Source of the DNA: Candidatus Nealsonbacteria bacterium
GTDB lineage: Bacteria; Patescibacteriota; Minisyncoccia; Minisyncoccales; JAGGXC01
DNA length: 64,000 bases
Direction of reading: 5' to 3'
Assembly: GCA_026396195.1 (NCBI GenBank)
Contig: JAPLXH010000006.1
Coordinates: 77,784 to 141,783 of the forward strand
The notes under the pieces: generated by a model
The model's input: the letters and a program-made list of their open reading frames with translations, nothing else
What the model was told of the DNA's origin: nothing
Database searches by the model: none
Shown: positions 25,612 to 36,661 of the stretch, piece by piece
Layout: every line of letters begins with the position of its first letter
Numbering within the stretch: the first letter of the stretch is position 1
Made by a program: the position numbers and the translations under genes

Positions 25612-26952
25612 TCAATACAAATATCCCCAGGTTTGGAGCCGGTCAGAATCCTGATACCATTTAAGGCCGATATCTGTCCGATAATACATATTCTGCAACA
25701 TGATATTTTTTAATCTCGAGTAGACTTGTTTCCGAGCATCGTCGACAGTTAAACCAGAACCGGTTATTACTAAAACATAGCCAGATTCTCCAGCAATACT
25801 CCAAACTCCATTTAACAGCTTAACGTCGCCCAAGTGAACTCCATTAAGGTCATTTTTTTTAAAAAGAATTGAAAGGTCTTTATAGATAAAAGTTTCATTC
25901 TTATCTTCGTATGGAAAAGGAGGGACAACGACTATAACGCCGATCTGAAAACCTTTCTTGTTTTTTAATTCTAATGCCTCTTTTTTGGTTAATTTATAAA
26001 AAAATTCTCCCCAGTCATTGGTTACTCCTTCCATTTGAACGCTAATTGTCGGATAGCCGAATCTGCAGGTGAACTCAAGAGGGAAAATACCTTTAGCATT
26101 AGCAATACAGTTAATATCAATATATCCAACATAACCGGACTCTATTAGTTTCGGTTTTATTTTTAATAAAGTATTTCTAAAAATTTCATTTTGAGGGGAC
26201 CAATACATTAAAGTTCCCATCTCGCCGGTGTAGGGACCTATATCTCCGGGGAATAATTTTTTATGCTCAAAATTTATATTAACCGGGAAGATAAAGTCTT
26301 GGCCGTTAAAAAAGGCTCCGACCGCCACTTCAACCCCGACTGCCATTTTTTGCAACTGAAATTTTTTGATTTTTTTTGCCCAAGTTTTTTTATTTTGTTC
26401 CAATATTTCAATTAAATCTTTGCCGTCCTCCTCTTGTCCTAAAAATAAAATTCCTTTTTGATCGGAAGCAATATTGCCAGAAGGTTTAAAAACATAGTGA
26501 GTGGGATTTGATTTAATAAATTCAATAGCAGAATCAAAATCAGAAAAATCCCAATGGGGAAGCACCGCCAGTCCCGCTTGCTTCATTTCGTTTTGTCCGA
26601 ATTCACGGTCTTCTTCCAATTTGTCCGTATACTTACTGCCACCGATAACTAATTTTCCTTCAGTCCTCAAAGAGTCAGCGAAACTTCCAAAACCAACATC
26701 ATCAAAAATAATGATATCTGCCCAGTCTTTATATTTTTGCCAATCATCAACTTTATCAAGAAAACCATCGTAAACATCTTGGTCGCTTTCTGCTTTAATA
26801 TATGCCTTAACTTCATGCCCTTCATTTTTTATTTTTAAAGCCAGGTCCCCGCTTAAACTTTCCCAAGAAACAAATAAAAATTTTTTAGCCGAAAAATGAT
26901 TTTTATCGTGATTATTGTTTTTTTCATTATTATTTTCTGAATTGTTTGACAT
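25612..26952 (-). CDS. divergent PurD-like ATP-grasp ligase
   Basis: EHKKLFPGDIGPYTGEMG, LEFTCRFGYPT and SGYVLVITGSGLTVDDARKQVY...YYRTDIG parallel the PurD segments DHKR..GPNTGGMG, EFNCRFGDPE and GGRVL.V.A.G......A...Y. Confidence 0.55.
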   Translation of the reverse strand: MSNNSENNNEKNNNHDKNHFSAKKFLFVSWESLSGDLALKIKNEGHEVKAYIKAESDQDVYDGFLDKVDDWQKYKDWADIIIFDDVGFGSFADSLRTEGKLVIGGSKYTDKLEEDREFGQNEMKQAGLAVLPHWDFSDFDSAIEFIKSNPTHYVFKPSGNIASDQKGILFLGQEEDGKDLIEILEQNKKTWAKKIKKFQLQKMAVGVEVAVGAFFNGQDFIFPVNINFEHKKLFPGDIGPYTGEMGTLMYWSPQNEIFRNTLLKIKPKLIESGYVGYIDINCIANAKGIFPLEFTCRFGYPTISVQMEGVTNDWGEFFYKLTKKEALELKNKKGFQIGVIVVVPPFPYEDKNETFIYKDLSILFKKNDLNGVHLGDVKLLNGVWSIAGESGYVLVITGSGLTVDDARKQVYSRLKNIMLQNMYYRTDIGLKWYQDSDRLQTWGYLY

Positions 26953-27081
26953 TTTTTTGTGTTAATCAAATTAATAAATATTTTTAAAATCTTTTTTAAT
27001 TTTATCATAAAAAATAACATTTGTTTATACTTTTTAAAAAATAATCATACGTTCATTAAAACATTTAGATAAATTCAGTAC

Positions 27082-27109
27082 AAAAAAAACCGCCCGATAG
27101 GCGGTTTTT
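27082..27109 (-). terminator. rho-independent (bidirectional-looking) terminator
   Basis: A8-CCGCC-CGATA-GGCGG-T5. It overlaps the stop codon of the GIY-YIG gene. Confidence 0.7.
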
Positions 27110-27347
27110 ACCATTGCACAAAATGTTTATTGATGAAGGCCCGTCCCGATCCAAATTTTAAATATTTTTCAAATTCAAAAGCTTTGTATTTATCATTTAT
27201 CGCGAAATAAAAATCTAATTTTACCGGTAAACGATTTGCCGTTGCCGGTATTTGTCCCTTTTGATGTCTTCCCAATCTATCTTTTAAGTTATCTGTACAT
27301 CCAATATAGTAGCCGTCTTTGCATTTTAAACTGTAGATATAATGCAT
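27108..27347 (-). CDS. stand-alone GIY-YIG nuclease-superfamily protein (UPF0213/YhbQ-like)
   Basis: MHYIYSLKCKDGYYIGCTDNLKDRLGRHQKGQ...AFEFEKYLK. The track extends the ORF to 27383, but the domain begins at the Met at 27347. Confidence 0.7.
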   Translation of the reverse strand: MHYIYSLKCKDGYYIGCTDNLKDRLGRHQKGQIPATANRLPVKLDFYFAINDKYKAFEFEKYLKFGSGRAFINKHFVQW

Positions 27348-27467
27348 AAAAAAATTCCGGCGCATTAATAATGAACTTATCACTCCTAAGCTCTAACGAG
27401 GCGAATCCCACTTTCGCTCGCTTGGCGGATTTTATCACGCCGAAGCCGAGCTTCAGCGAGGCGAAGG

Positions 27468-27552
27468 CGGAGAGGGTGGGGTTCGAACCCACGGGCCCCT
27501 TTCGAGGCACGGCTTTCCAAGCCGTTCCATTAAACCACTTTGGTACCTCTCC
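27468..27552 (-). tRNA. tRNA-Ser(GGA), class II with long variable arm
   Basis: GGAGAGG acceptor, anticodon stem ACGGC/GCCGT, loop UUGGAAA, T-arm GTGGG-TTCGAAC-CCCAC, discriminator G. No CCA is encoded. Confidence 0.9.
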
Positions 27553-27553
27553 A

Positions 27554-27595
27554 TTTTGCAATTTGCAATTTGTAATTTGCAATCTACAATTTTAA
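27554..27595. repeat. heptanucleotide tandem repeat (ATTTGCA)n, ~6 units with decay
   Basis: ttttgca atttgca atttgta atttgca atctaca attttaa. It lies between the tRNA-Ser 5' end and the last codons of htpX. Confidence 0.6.
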
Positions 27596-28480
27596 ATCTC
27601 TCAACGCCTTAACTCTCTCTATTGTCAGAGGATGAGTTCTCAACAAATTAGCAAACCAATTTTGCTTTTCTTCGGCCCTGAAAGGAGCTGAAATAAAAAG
27701 ATGAGCTATGGAACTGTTGGCTACTCTTAAGGGATTAGGATCGGCTGAAATTTTTTCTAATGCTCTGGCCAGTCCTTCCGGGTATCTGGTTAAAAGCGCT
27801 CCGGAAGCATCGGCTAAAAATTCTCTTTTGCGGGAAATAGCCAGTTTTATTAGGGTTGCGGCTAAAGGCGCTAGAATTGCAGCAATTATCAAGATAGCTA
27901 AAAAAATTGCATTTCCTTTTCCCCGCCTGCCTCCTCCTCCGCCGAAACGACTCATCCTAAAAAATAATTGAGCCATCAAGGCTATCATTCCTGCTAAAAC
28001 CACTACAACTGTTTGTAAAAGCATATCTTTGTTTCCAATATGAGAAAGTTCGTGAGCAATCACTCCCTCCAATTCCGTTTTCTCCAATTTTTCCAGCAAT
28101 CCCCTGGTTACCGCAATTACAGCATGTTCCGCGTCCCGGCCGGTAGCAAAAGCATTGGGCTGGAGTTCATTTAAAATATAAATCTTTGGCAAGGGAAGAC
28201 CGGCAGTAATACATAAATTTTCTACTAATCGATAAAGTTCGGAGTTTTGCTCTTTTGTAATTAACTGAGCTTTAGTCATTGCAATTACAATTTTATCCGA
28301 ATACCAATAACTTCCAAAACTGGTAAACACGCTAAAAACAACCGCAATTGGCAAAATAAAAGGAGCTTCCAGATAATAACTGAATAAATAACCGAGAACA
28401 ATAATGAGAATAAAAAAGAAGCTCATCAATATCCAAGTCTTGCGAGTATTGGACTCGGCTTGAGTATAAAGAGTTGCCAT
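27584..28480 (-). CDS. htpX: M48 zinc metalloprotease HtpX
   Basis: HELSHIGNKD (HExxH), a four-TM layout, and a Gly-rich loop. Confidence 0.9.
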   Translation of the reverse strand: MATLYTQAESNTRKTWILMSFFFILIIVLGYLFSYYLEAPFILPIAVVFSVFTSFGSYWYSDKIVIAMTKAQLITKEQNSELYRLVENLCITAGLPLPKIYILNELQPNAFATGRDAEHAVIAVTRGLLEKLEKTELEGVIAHELSHIGNKDMLLQTVVVVLAGMIALMAQLFFRMSRFGGGGGRRGKGNAIFLAILIIAAILAPLAATLIKLAISRKREFLADASGALLTRYPEGLARALEKISADPNPLRVANSSIAHLFISAPFRAEEKQNWFANLLRTHPLTIERVKALRDLKL

Positions 28481-28491
28481 TTTATTTTTAT

Positions 28492-29046
28492 TTAGAAGTT
28501 TACTTTGACAGGTTCCCTAGCCGCCGCTGCCTCTTCCAGTTCAAAAAACTCCATCTTTTTAAATCCAAAAGGGCCGGCAATCATGTTGCTGGGAAAAATT
28601 TCAATCTTTATGTTTAAGTCCCTGACGTTGCCGTTATAAAATCTTCTGGCAGCTTGAATTTTATCTTCTGTATCGGTTAACTCCCTCTGAAGCTCCAAAA
28701 AGTTTTGAGAAGCTTTCAAATCAGGATAACTTTCCGCTACGGCAAAAAGAGATTTTAAGGTAGAAGAAAGCATGTTTTCAGCTTGAGCTTTTTCTTGCAT
28801 GCTTCCGGCTCCCATTGCTTTGGCTCGAGCTTCGGTTACTTTCTCAAACACTTCTCTCTCGTGGGTAGCGTAACCCTTGACCGTTTCCACTAAATTGGGA
28901 ATCAAATCGTATCTCCTCTTTAACTGGACATCGATATCGGCCCAGGCCTCTTTAGATCTGGTCCTTAAAACAACCAAACCATTGAAGGTATAGGCCAGCC
29001 AAACACCTATAACTAAAATTATACCGACTAAAAAATATAAAATCAT
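28492..29046 (-). CDS. lemA: LemA family protein
   Basis: N-terminal TM helix and the LemA pattern ([20 protein letters not shown]...). It sits in the classic lemA-htpX pairing. Confidence 0.85.
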   Translation of the reverse strand: MILYFLVGIILVIGVWLAYTFNGLVVLRTRSKEAWADIDVQLKRRYDLIPNLVETVKGYATHEREVFEKVTEARAKAMGAGSMQEKAQAENMLSSTLKSLFAVAESYPDLKASQNFLELQRELTDTEDKIQAARRFYNGNVRDLNIKIEIFPSNMIAGPFGFKKMEFFELEEAAAAREPVKVNF

Positions 29047-29172
29047 AATTTAAAATAAATATTATTATTTTTTGACCTTTTTATTATCTTTTTTTATTTT
29101 ACCAAAATCTTAAAATTTATCAACACTAAAAACAAAAATCGCCTATTTTTTGGCGGTTTTGTTTTTTTATTT

Positions 29173-29727
29173 TTAATCTTTTTTCCTGATATCCAGCTTC
29201 TCGTCAAAAGCAACGGACAGAAAATCTTTCTCTTCCATGCGATATAAAAAATTCTTTCCTTCAAGATGGTCAAATTCGTGCTGGATGACTCTGGCATGGA
29301 AAGAGTCTTTTATCTGCTCAGTGTGTTTTTTTCCTTCCAAATCAAAATATTCTATTTTTAGATTATTGGCTCTTTTCACTTTTCCGTAAAAAGCGCCGTA
29401 AAAAACACTGAGACACCCTTCCGGATTTTTATTGGCTCCCAATGAAAACTTTAAAATTTTAGGGTTAATATAAGAAACAAAGCCAACTTCTTGCATCTCA
29501 GGATATCTTTCTTTATATCTTTCGGTTGGTTTTATATCCACAATAAAGATTCTTTTCGAAATCCCAATTTGAGGAGCGGCAATTCCAACCCCGCCGTAAT
29601 GATTCAAGCTTTCCTTGAGGGATTTTACAATTTCGTCCGCTTCTTTAAAATCTAAAACCAACTCTGATTTCTTGGAAAGCAAATCCCCTTCTTTAGTGCC
29701 TAACTGTTTGGGAAGAACAATTGCCAT
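29173..29727 (-). CDS. def: peptide deformylase
   Basis: GVGIAAPQIG, EGCLS and HEFDHLEG motifs. Confidence 0.9.
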   Translation of the reverse strand: MAIVLPKQLGTKEGDLLSKKSELVLDFKEADEIVKSLKESLNHYGGVGIAAPQIGISKRIFIVDIKPTERYKERYPEMQEVGFVSYINPKILKFSLGANKNPEGCLSVFYGAFYGKVKRANNLKIEYFDLEGKKHTEQIKDSFHARVIQHEFDHLEGKNFLYRMEEKDFLSVAFDEKLDIRKKD

Positions 29728-29733
29728 AAATTT

Positions 29734-31359
<1,626 letters not shown>

Positions 31360-31364
31360 TTAAA

Positions 31365-31655
31365 TTATTCTAAAATCGCCAAGATGTCCTCCTGCTTAGC
31401 AATTAAATATTCTTTGTCATCGATTTTTACCTCATTGGGGCCGTATTTGGTAAACAAAACAATGTCCCCGGGTTTTACTTCCGGCGGAATAACTTTGCCG
31501 TCTTTGGTTCGCTTGCCGGACCCCACGGCAATAACTTTTCCCTGTTCCGGCTTTTCTTTTTCAACGGTAGAAGGAAGAATAATGCCGAATTTGGTTTTCT
31601 CTTCCTGGGAAATTGGCTCAATTAATATGTAATCGGCCAAAGGTTTAATGTTCAT
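31365..31655 (-). CDS. groES: co-chaperonin GroES
   Basis: MNIKPLADYILIEP..., 96 aa, 11 nt upstream of groEL. Confidence 0.95.
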   Translation of the reverse strand: MNIKPLADYILIEPISQEEKTKFGIILPSTVEKEKPEQGKVIAVGSGKRTKDGKVIPPEVKPGDIVLFTKYGPNEVKIDDKEYLIAKQEDILAILE

Positions 31656-31702
31656 ATTTTTAATTTTATTAATATAATTTTAATTGATATTGATTTTACC
31701 TG

Positions 31703-31729
31703 TTAGCAATTGCGACCTTTGATTGCTAA
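31703..31729. promoter_or_regulatory. CIRCE-like inverted repeat (HrcA operator) upstream of groES
   Basis: TTAGCAATT-N9-GATTGCTAA versus the consensus TTAGCACTC-N9-GAGTGCTAA, 7 of 9 per arm. It lies just downstream of the putative -10. Confidence 0.65.
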
Positions 31730-31735
31730 TTTTTT

Positions 31736-31763
31736 ATTTTAATTTTTTAAAAAATAATGTCAA
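31736..31763 (-). promoter_or_regulatory. sigma70-type promoter for groES-groEL (TTGACA-16-TAAAAT)
   Basis: On the minus strand: TTGACA (31763-31758), a 16-nt spacer, then TAAAAT (31741-31736). Confidence 0.45.
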
Positions 31764-31802
31764 GCCCTGTTGCTAAAAAATGTTTTTAAGGGCGCGGAGA
31801 AA

Positions 31803-34625
31803 TTATAGAAGGGGTTTTAAATATTTTCCGGTATAACTTTCCTTGTTTTTGACGATTTCTTGAGGAGAGCCCTGGGCCACGATATATCCCCCCTTTTGGC
31901 CGCCTTCCGGCCCCAGGTCCAAAATCCAGTCAGCGTTTTTAATAACATCCAGATTATGCTCTATTGTCAGAATAGTATTTCCCTTTGCAACTAATCTTTT
32001 TAAAACCAGCAAAAGTTTTTTAATATCTTCAAAATGAAGGCCAGTGGTCGGCTCGTCTAAGATATAAAGAGTTTTTCCGGTGGCTTTTTTGGAAAGCTCG
32101 GTAGCCAGCTTAATCCGCTGGGCCTCTCCGCCCGACAAAGAAGGAGCCGGCTGACCCAAACCGATATAACCCAATCCCACTTCTTTTAAGGTATTTAATT
32201 TTTGAAACAAAGGAGGAATATTTTTAAAAAACTCCAAAGCATCTTCAATGGTCAGCGCCAAAACCTGGGCGATATTTTTCCCTTTATATTCTATCTCTAA
32301 AGTTTCTTTATTGTAACGGGCTCCCCTGCATTCCTGGCATTCCACATAAACATCGGGTAAAAAATACATTTCAATTTTTTTAACTCCCTGGCCTTCACAG
32401 GCCTCGCAACGGCCCCCTTTAACGTTAAAAGAAAACCTACCGGATTTATAACCCCTGACTCTAGCCTCTTTAACCTTGGAAAATATATACCTAATGTAAG
32501 AGAAAGCTCCGGTATAAGTTACGGAATTTGACCTTGGCGTCCGGCCAATCGGCGACTGGTCAACCAAAACCACTTTATCTAAATGCTCCAAGCCCAAAAT
32601 TTCATCATATTTCCCCGGCTCTTCTTTTGATTTATAAAATTTCTTGAATAAAGCGCGGGCCAACGTGTCGGTGATTAAAGAGCTCTTCCCGGAACCGGAC
32701 ACTCCGGCAATGCAAACCATTTTTTTTAAGGGAATCTTGGCCGTGATATTTTTAAGATTGTTTTCTTTGGCTCCCTTTATTATTAAAAATTGAGGGGTTT
32801 TGTTGTTTTGATTTTTAATCTTTTCCAGTTCTATTTTTTCTTTTTCTTCTATCTCTACCTTTTTTTTGCCTGAAAGATATTGGCCGGTAAGGCTCCTTGA
32901 CCTTAACAATTGCTTTGGGGTCCCCTCAAAAGTTAAGTTTCCGCCGTGCTTGCCCGCGCCTGGCCCGATATCGATAACCCAGTCGGCCTCTAAAATAGTA
33001 TCTGCGTCGTGCTCTACGACAACAACGGTGTTTCCCAAATCCCTTAAATTTTTCAAGGTAGCAATCAATTTTCTCTGGTCTCTGGAATGAAGACCAATTG
33101 AAGGCTCGTCTAAAACGTATAAAACGCCGGTCAACTTTGAACCCAACTGGGTGGCTAATCTTATTCTCTGCTCTTCTCCCTCTGAAAGCGTGGCGGCTTT
33201 TCGGTCCAGGGTCAAATAATCTAAACCGACATCGCTCAAAAATTGAAGGCGATTGATAATTTCTTTAAAAATCGGGTGGGCGATTTTTATTTCTTCTGGT
33301 TTTAAAATAAATGATTTTTGCTCCAACATTTCGCCAAAAAACTCTTTCAGGTCTTGGATGTTTGTTTCCACTATCTGGTCAATCGATTTTTGGGCGACCT
33401 TAACCGCCAAAACCTCGGGCTTCAACCTCTTTCCTAAGCACTTAGGGCATTTTTTAATAATCATATATTGTTCAATTTCTTGGCGAGTCCAGTCGGAATC
33501 AGTCTCGTGATACCTTCTTTCCAAATTACGAACCACTCCCTCAAAATTTTGGTCTCCATGAAGAATTAAATCAATAACTTTCTTTGGCAAATCACTGACC
33601 GGAGCGTCAAGGGAAAAATCGTGTTTTTGGGCCAGTTTAGACAGTTGCCAAAAAAAATATCCCTGCCTGCCGATTTTATGGGAAGCCCGGGACCAAGGAA
33701 AAATAGCGCCTTCGGCAATGGTTAAACTTTTGTTCGGTAAAACCAACTTTGGGTCCACTTCTAATTTTTCGCCCAATCCCTGGCAAAAAGAACAGGCGCC
33801 GTAAGGAGAGTTAAAAGAAAACAATCTGGGTTCTATTTGAGGCAAGCTTATCCCGCATTCCTCGCAGGCGAAATGCTCGCTAAACAATATGTCTTTATTT
33901 TTTAAATTTATCATTAAAACGCCCTTGCCCAACTTCAAGGCGGTTTCTATGGAATCAACCAATCTGGTGCGGTCAATTGATTTTTCAATAATTAATCTGT
34001 CCACCACCACCTCAATGTTGTGATTTTTTTTGGGGTTCAAATCAATGGCCAGGGCCTCCTCAATCAAATGAACGATACCCTCAACTCTTACCCTGATGAA
34101 ACCGGCTTTTTGAATTTCTTCCAAAACCCCTTTATGCTCTCCTTTCCGACCTCGGATAACGGGTCCTAAAACTAAAATTTCCGAACCTTTCGGTAACTTA
34201 AAAATTTGGTTGGTAATTTGAGCGACCGTCTGACGGGTTATCGCTTTTTTGCAATTTGGACAATGAGCCTGGCCTGTCCTGGCGAATAACAACCTTAAAT
34301 AATCATAAATTTCGGTAATAGTGCCGACAGTTGAACGAGGGTTATGGGCGGCCTTCCTTTGGTCAATGGAAATTGCCGGAGAAATGCCCTCAATTTTATC
34401 AACATCAGGCTTTTGCATAATGCCTAAAAATTGGCGGGCATAAGGAGACAAGCTTTCCACGTATCGCCTCTGGCCTTCGGCATACAAAGTATCAAAAGCC
34501 AAAGAAGACTTGCCGGAACCGGAAATTCCGGTAATAACAACCAGTTTGTTCTTTGGGAGATTAACGGAAATATTTTTTAAATTATGGATTTTAGCTCCTT
34601 TGATTTTTATAAAATTACTATACAT
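31803..34625 (-). CDS. uvrA: excinuclease ABC subunit UvrA
   Basis: 940 aa with two ABC ATPase modules ([18 protein letters not shown]) and zinc-finger Cys clusters. Confidence 0.95.
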   Translation of the reverse strand: MYSNFIKIKGAKIHNLKNISVNLPKNKLVVITGISGSGKSSLAFDTLYAEGQRRYVESLSPYARQFLGIMQKPDVDKIEGISPAISIDQRKAAHNPRSTVGTITEIYDYLRLLFARTGQAHCPNCKKAITRQTVAQITNQIFKLPKGSEILVLGPVIRGRKGEHKGVLEEIQKAGFIRVRVEGIVHLIEEALAIDLNPKKNHNIEVVVDRLIIEKSIDRTRLVDSIETALKLGKGVLMINLKNKDILFSEHFACEECGISLPQIEPRLFSFNSPYGACSFCQGLGEKLEVDPKLVLPNKSLTIAEGAIFPWSRASHKIGRQGYFFWQLSKLAQKHDFSLDAPVSDLPKKVIDLILHGDQNFEGVVRNLERRYHETDSDWTRQEIEQYMIIKKCPKCLGKRLKPEVLAVKVAQKSIDQIVETNIQDLKEFFGEMLEQKSFILKPEEIKIAHPIFKEIINRLQFLSDVGLDYLTLDRKAATLSEGEEQRIRLATQLGSKLTGVLYVLDEPSIGLHSRDQRKLIATLKNLRDLGNTVVVVEHDADTILEADWVIDIGPGAGKHGGNLTFEGTPKQLLRSRSLTGQYLSGKKKVEIEEKEKIELEKIKNQNNKTPQFLIIKGAKENNLKNITAKIPLKKMVCIAGVSGSGKSSLITDTLARALFKKFYKSKEEPGKYDEILGLEHLDKVVLVDQSPIGRTPRSNSVTYTGAFSYIRYIFSKVKEARVRGYKSGRFSFNVKGGRCEACEGQGVKKIEMYFLPDVYVECQECRGARYNKETLEIEYKGKNIAQVLALTIEDALEFFKNIPPLFQKLNTLKEVGLGYIGLGQPAPSLSGGEAQRIKLATELSKKATGKTLYILDEPTTGLHFEDIKKLLLVLKRLVAKGNTILTIEHNLDVIKNADWILDLGPEGGQKGGYIVAQGSPQEIVKNKESYTGKYLKPLL

Positions 34626-34749
34626 ATATATAGAATAAGAGAAATCTTTAAGTCCTTAATTATACGCTGATTTTTCTTTAATTTCAATAGCTAAAAAGAC
34701 CTCCCCCTACGTTGAGAATTCAAGATTTATGTTTTAAAATGAAAAAGTA

Positions 34750-36039
34750 ATGGAAAAATTCAAGTTTACGAATCAAAATAAAATTTCTCATCTCTCTCAA
34801 AGCCCGGGAATTTATGCTTTTTTTGGAAAAAAAGAAATTTTTTATATAGGCAAAGCAATAAATATAAAAAAAAGACTAAAAAGCCATTTCCAGCAATCCT
34901 CTTATAAAGATAAAGTTTTTTTAGAAAAAACAAATAAAATAGGAATTATTGAAACCGGTTCGGAAATTGAGGCTTTAATTTTGGAAGCCAAGTTAATCAA
35001 AAAATACCAACCCAGGTTTAATGTGATATGGCGGGATGATAAAAATTATTTCTACGTTGTATTTACCAAGGAAAATTTTCCAAGAATTTTTATCACCCAT
35101 CAAATTCCAAAAAATCATATTTTGAATAAATGTGCGGGACCCTTTGTCGACGGGAAAGCTTTAAAACAAACCTTGAAAATCCTGAGAAAAGCTTTTCCAT
35201 ACAGGAATTGCAGGTTTTTACCCAATAAGCCCTGTTTGTGGTATCAACTGAAAAGATGCCCGGCTCCCTGCCTCCTGAAAAACAAGCTGGCCGAACAAAT
35301 CCCTGAAATTTCAAAAAAAATAAAAGAGGAATCCCGAAGAAATGCCTTTGACATTATAAAAATCTTGGAAGGTAAAAAGGAAAACCTTTTAAATGACCTT
35401 AAAGAAAAAATGAAAGGTGCGGCTAAATCAAAAAATTTCGAAGCGGCTCTCCAAATAAGAGACCATATCGGGTCCATGGAAAAAATAATGGCTCACCGAA
35501 TAGCTTTAGACGAAAAAGAAGAAAATTTTAACTGGGAAAAAATTAAAAATAATTTACAGCTCATTTTAAACAATAAAAAAGATTTTTACAGAATAGAGGC
35601 TTATGATATTTCCAATTTCCAAGGTAAAGAAGCTACGGGAGCTCTTATTGTTTTTATAGAGGGAAAACCCGATAAAAATCATTATCGCAAGTTTAAAATT
35701 AAATTTTCCGAAAATAAACCCGACGATATTGCAATGCTAAAGGAAATTTTAAAAAGAAGATTTAAACATAAAGAGTGGCCCCTGCCTGATTTGGTTTTGA
35801 TTGACGGCGGAAAAGGACAGCTGAATTTGGCTTTAAGGGCCATAAAAAATAAGGAGATAAAAATTATGGCTTTGGCTAAAAAAAATAATGAACTTTTTTT
35901 GCCTTATCAAAAAAAGCCGATTTTACTAAAAAAATTGCCTCCCCAATTTTCTAATTTAATTCTTCGGCTCAGAGACGAAGCTCACCGTTTTGCCATTGAT
36001 TATCATCGTAAATTAAGAAAAAATAAACTGTTCAGTTGA
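34750..36039 (+). CDS. uvrC: UvrC-like excinuclease subunit, short form (no C-terminal HhH2)
   Basis: GIY-YIG (PGIYAFFGKKEIFYIGKAINIKKRL), a UVR domain (FEAALQIRDHIGSMEKI) and an RNase H-like domain (RIEAYDISNFQG...). The protein ends at 429 aa. Confidence 0.8.
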   Translation: MEKFKFTNQNKISHLSQSPGIYAFFGKKEIFYIGKAINIKKRLKSHFQQSSYKDKVFLEKTNKIGIIETGSEIEALILEAKLIKKYQPRFNVIWRDDKNYFYVVFTKENFPRIFITHQIPKNHILNKCAGPFVDGKALKQTLKILRKAFPYRNCRFLPNKPCLWYQLKRCPAPCLLKNKLAEQIPEISKKIKEESRRNAFDIIKILEGKKENLLNDLKEKMKGAAKSKNFEAALQIRDHIGSMEKIMAHRIALDEKEENFNWEKIKNNLQLILNNKKDFYRIEAYDISNFQGKEATGALIVFIEGKPDKNHYRKFKIKFSENKPDDIAMLKEILKRRFKHKEWPLPDLVLIDGGKGQLNLALRAIKNKEIKIMALAKKNNELFLPYQKKPILLKKLPPQFSNLILRLRDEAHRFAIDYHRKLRKNKLFS

Positions 36040-36060
36040 AAAACAATTTGAATTCTGGTA

Positions 36061-36441
36061 TTGTTTCTGGTATTATTAGTTATTAAACAATCTATGAAGT
36101 CACGTTTTAGAAAATTAATCTTACAGATTATCGCGGGAATCGTGTCAATCTGGCTGGCTAAAGAGCTTGTTCCGGGCATAGAGTTTACCGGGTTTATCAA
36201 GGATTTATTGCTGGCGGGGCTTTTATTGGGCTTGATAAATGCTTTTATTAAGCCTATTCTTAACCTGATTACCCTGCCCTTAAGAATAATTACCCTTGGA
36301 CTCTTTGGCCTGTTAATCAACATGGGAATCGTTTGGGCAATTGATATCTTTTTTACAAATTTAAACTTTGTCGGACTTTTGCCTTTATTTTGGACGGCAA
36401 TCATTGTTTGGGCTTCGAGCTTGATAGCTAATCGAATTTAA
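36061..36441 (+). CDS. small 4-TM membrane protein, phage-holin-IV/YvlD-like (DUF360)
   Basis: GLLLGLINAFIKPILNLITLPLRIITLGLFGLLINMGIVW. The likely real start is the ATG at 36094 (MKSRF). Confidence 0.55.
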   Translation: MFLVLLVIKQSMKSRFRKLILQIIAGIVSIWLAKELVPGIEFTGFIKDLLLAGLLLGLINAFIKPILNLITLPLRIITLGLFGLLINMGIVWAIDIFFTNLNFVGLLPLFWTAIIVWASSLIANRI

Positions 36442-36451
36442 CCATATTATT

Positions 36452-36661
36452 ATGTCTATTTTATCTATAACGCAAATTATAGTTTCTATTTTTTTAATTA
36501 TTTGCATTCTGCTTCAACAAAGGGGAGCAGCTTTGGATTCCGCTTTCGGCGGAGGAGGAGAATCTTACTCCTCCCGCAGAGGAATGCAAAAAACCATTCT
36601 GTGGATTACAATCGTCCTGGGAATTGCCTTTATTATTTTATCCCTGTTGAATCTCAAATGA
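36452..36661 (+). CDS. secG: preprotein translocase subunit SecG
   Basis: 69 aa with two TM helices and the central Gly-rich loop AFGGGGESYSSRRG. Confidence 0.8.
   Translation: MSILSITQIIVSIFLIICILLQQRGAALDSAFGGGGESYSSRRGMQKTILWITIVLGIAFIILSLLNLK

Noticed and set aside
27289-27582. 97-aa minus-strand ORF
   Set aside because: It runs straight through tRNA-Ser(GGA) and its GC-rich trailer. The tRNA cloverleaf is unambiguous.
29094-29297. 67-aa ORF overlapping the def 3' end
   Set aside because: It overlaps the deformylase coding region and the terminator-like A/T-flanked hairpin at about 29128-29170, and it has no motif.
36061-36441. Holin-family hit as a sign of a prophage
   Set aside because: No capsid, terminase, integrase or lysin genes are nearby. 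DUF360/YvlD-type 4-TM proteins are common chromosomal genes.
36502-36657. N-terminal 52 codons of the 695-aa track ORF
   Set aside because: This part overlaps secG in another frame and translates to Arg-rich nonsense. The real start is MSQNSF at 36658, with an ATGA overlap and a TM helix following.
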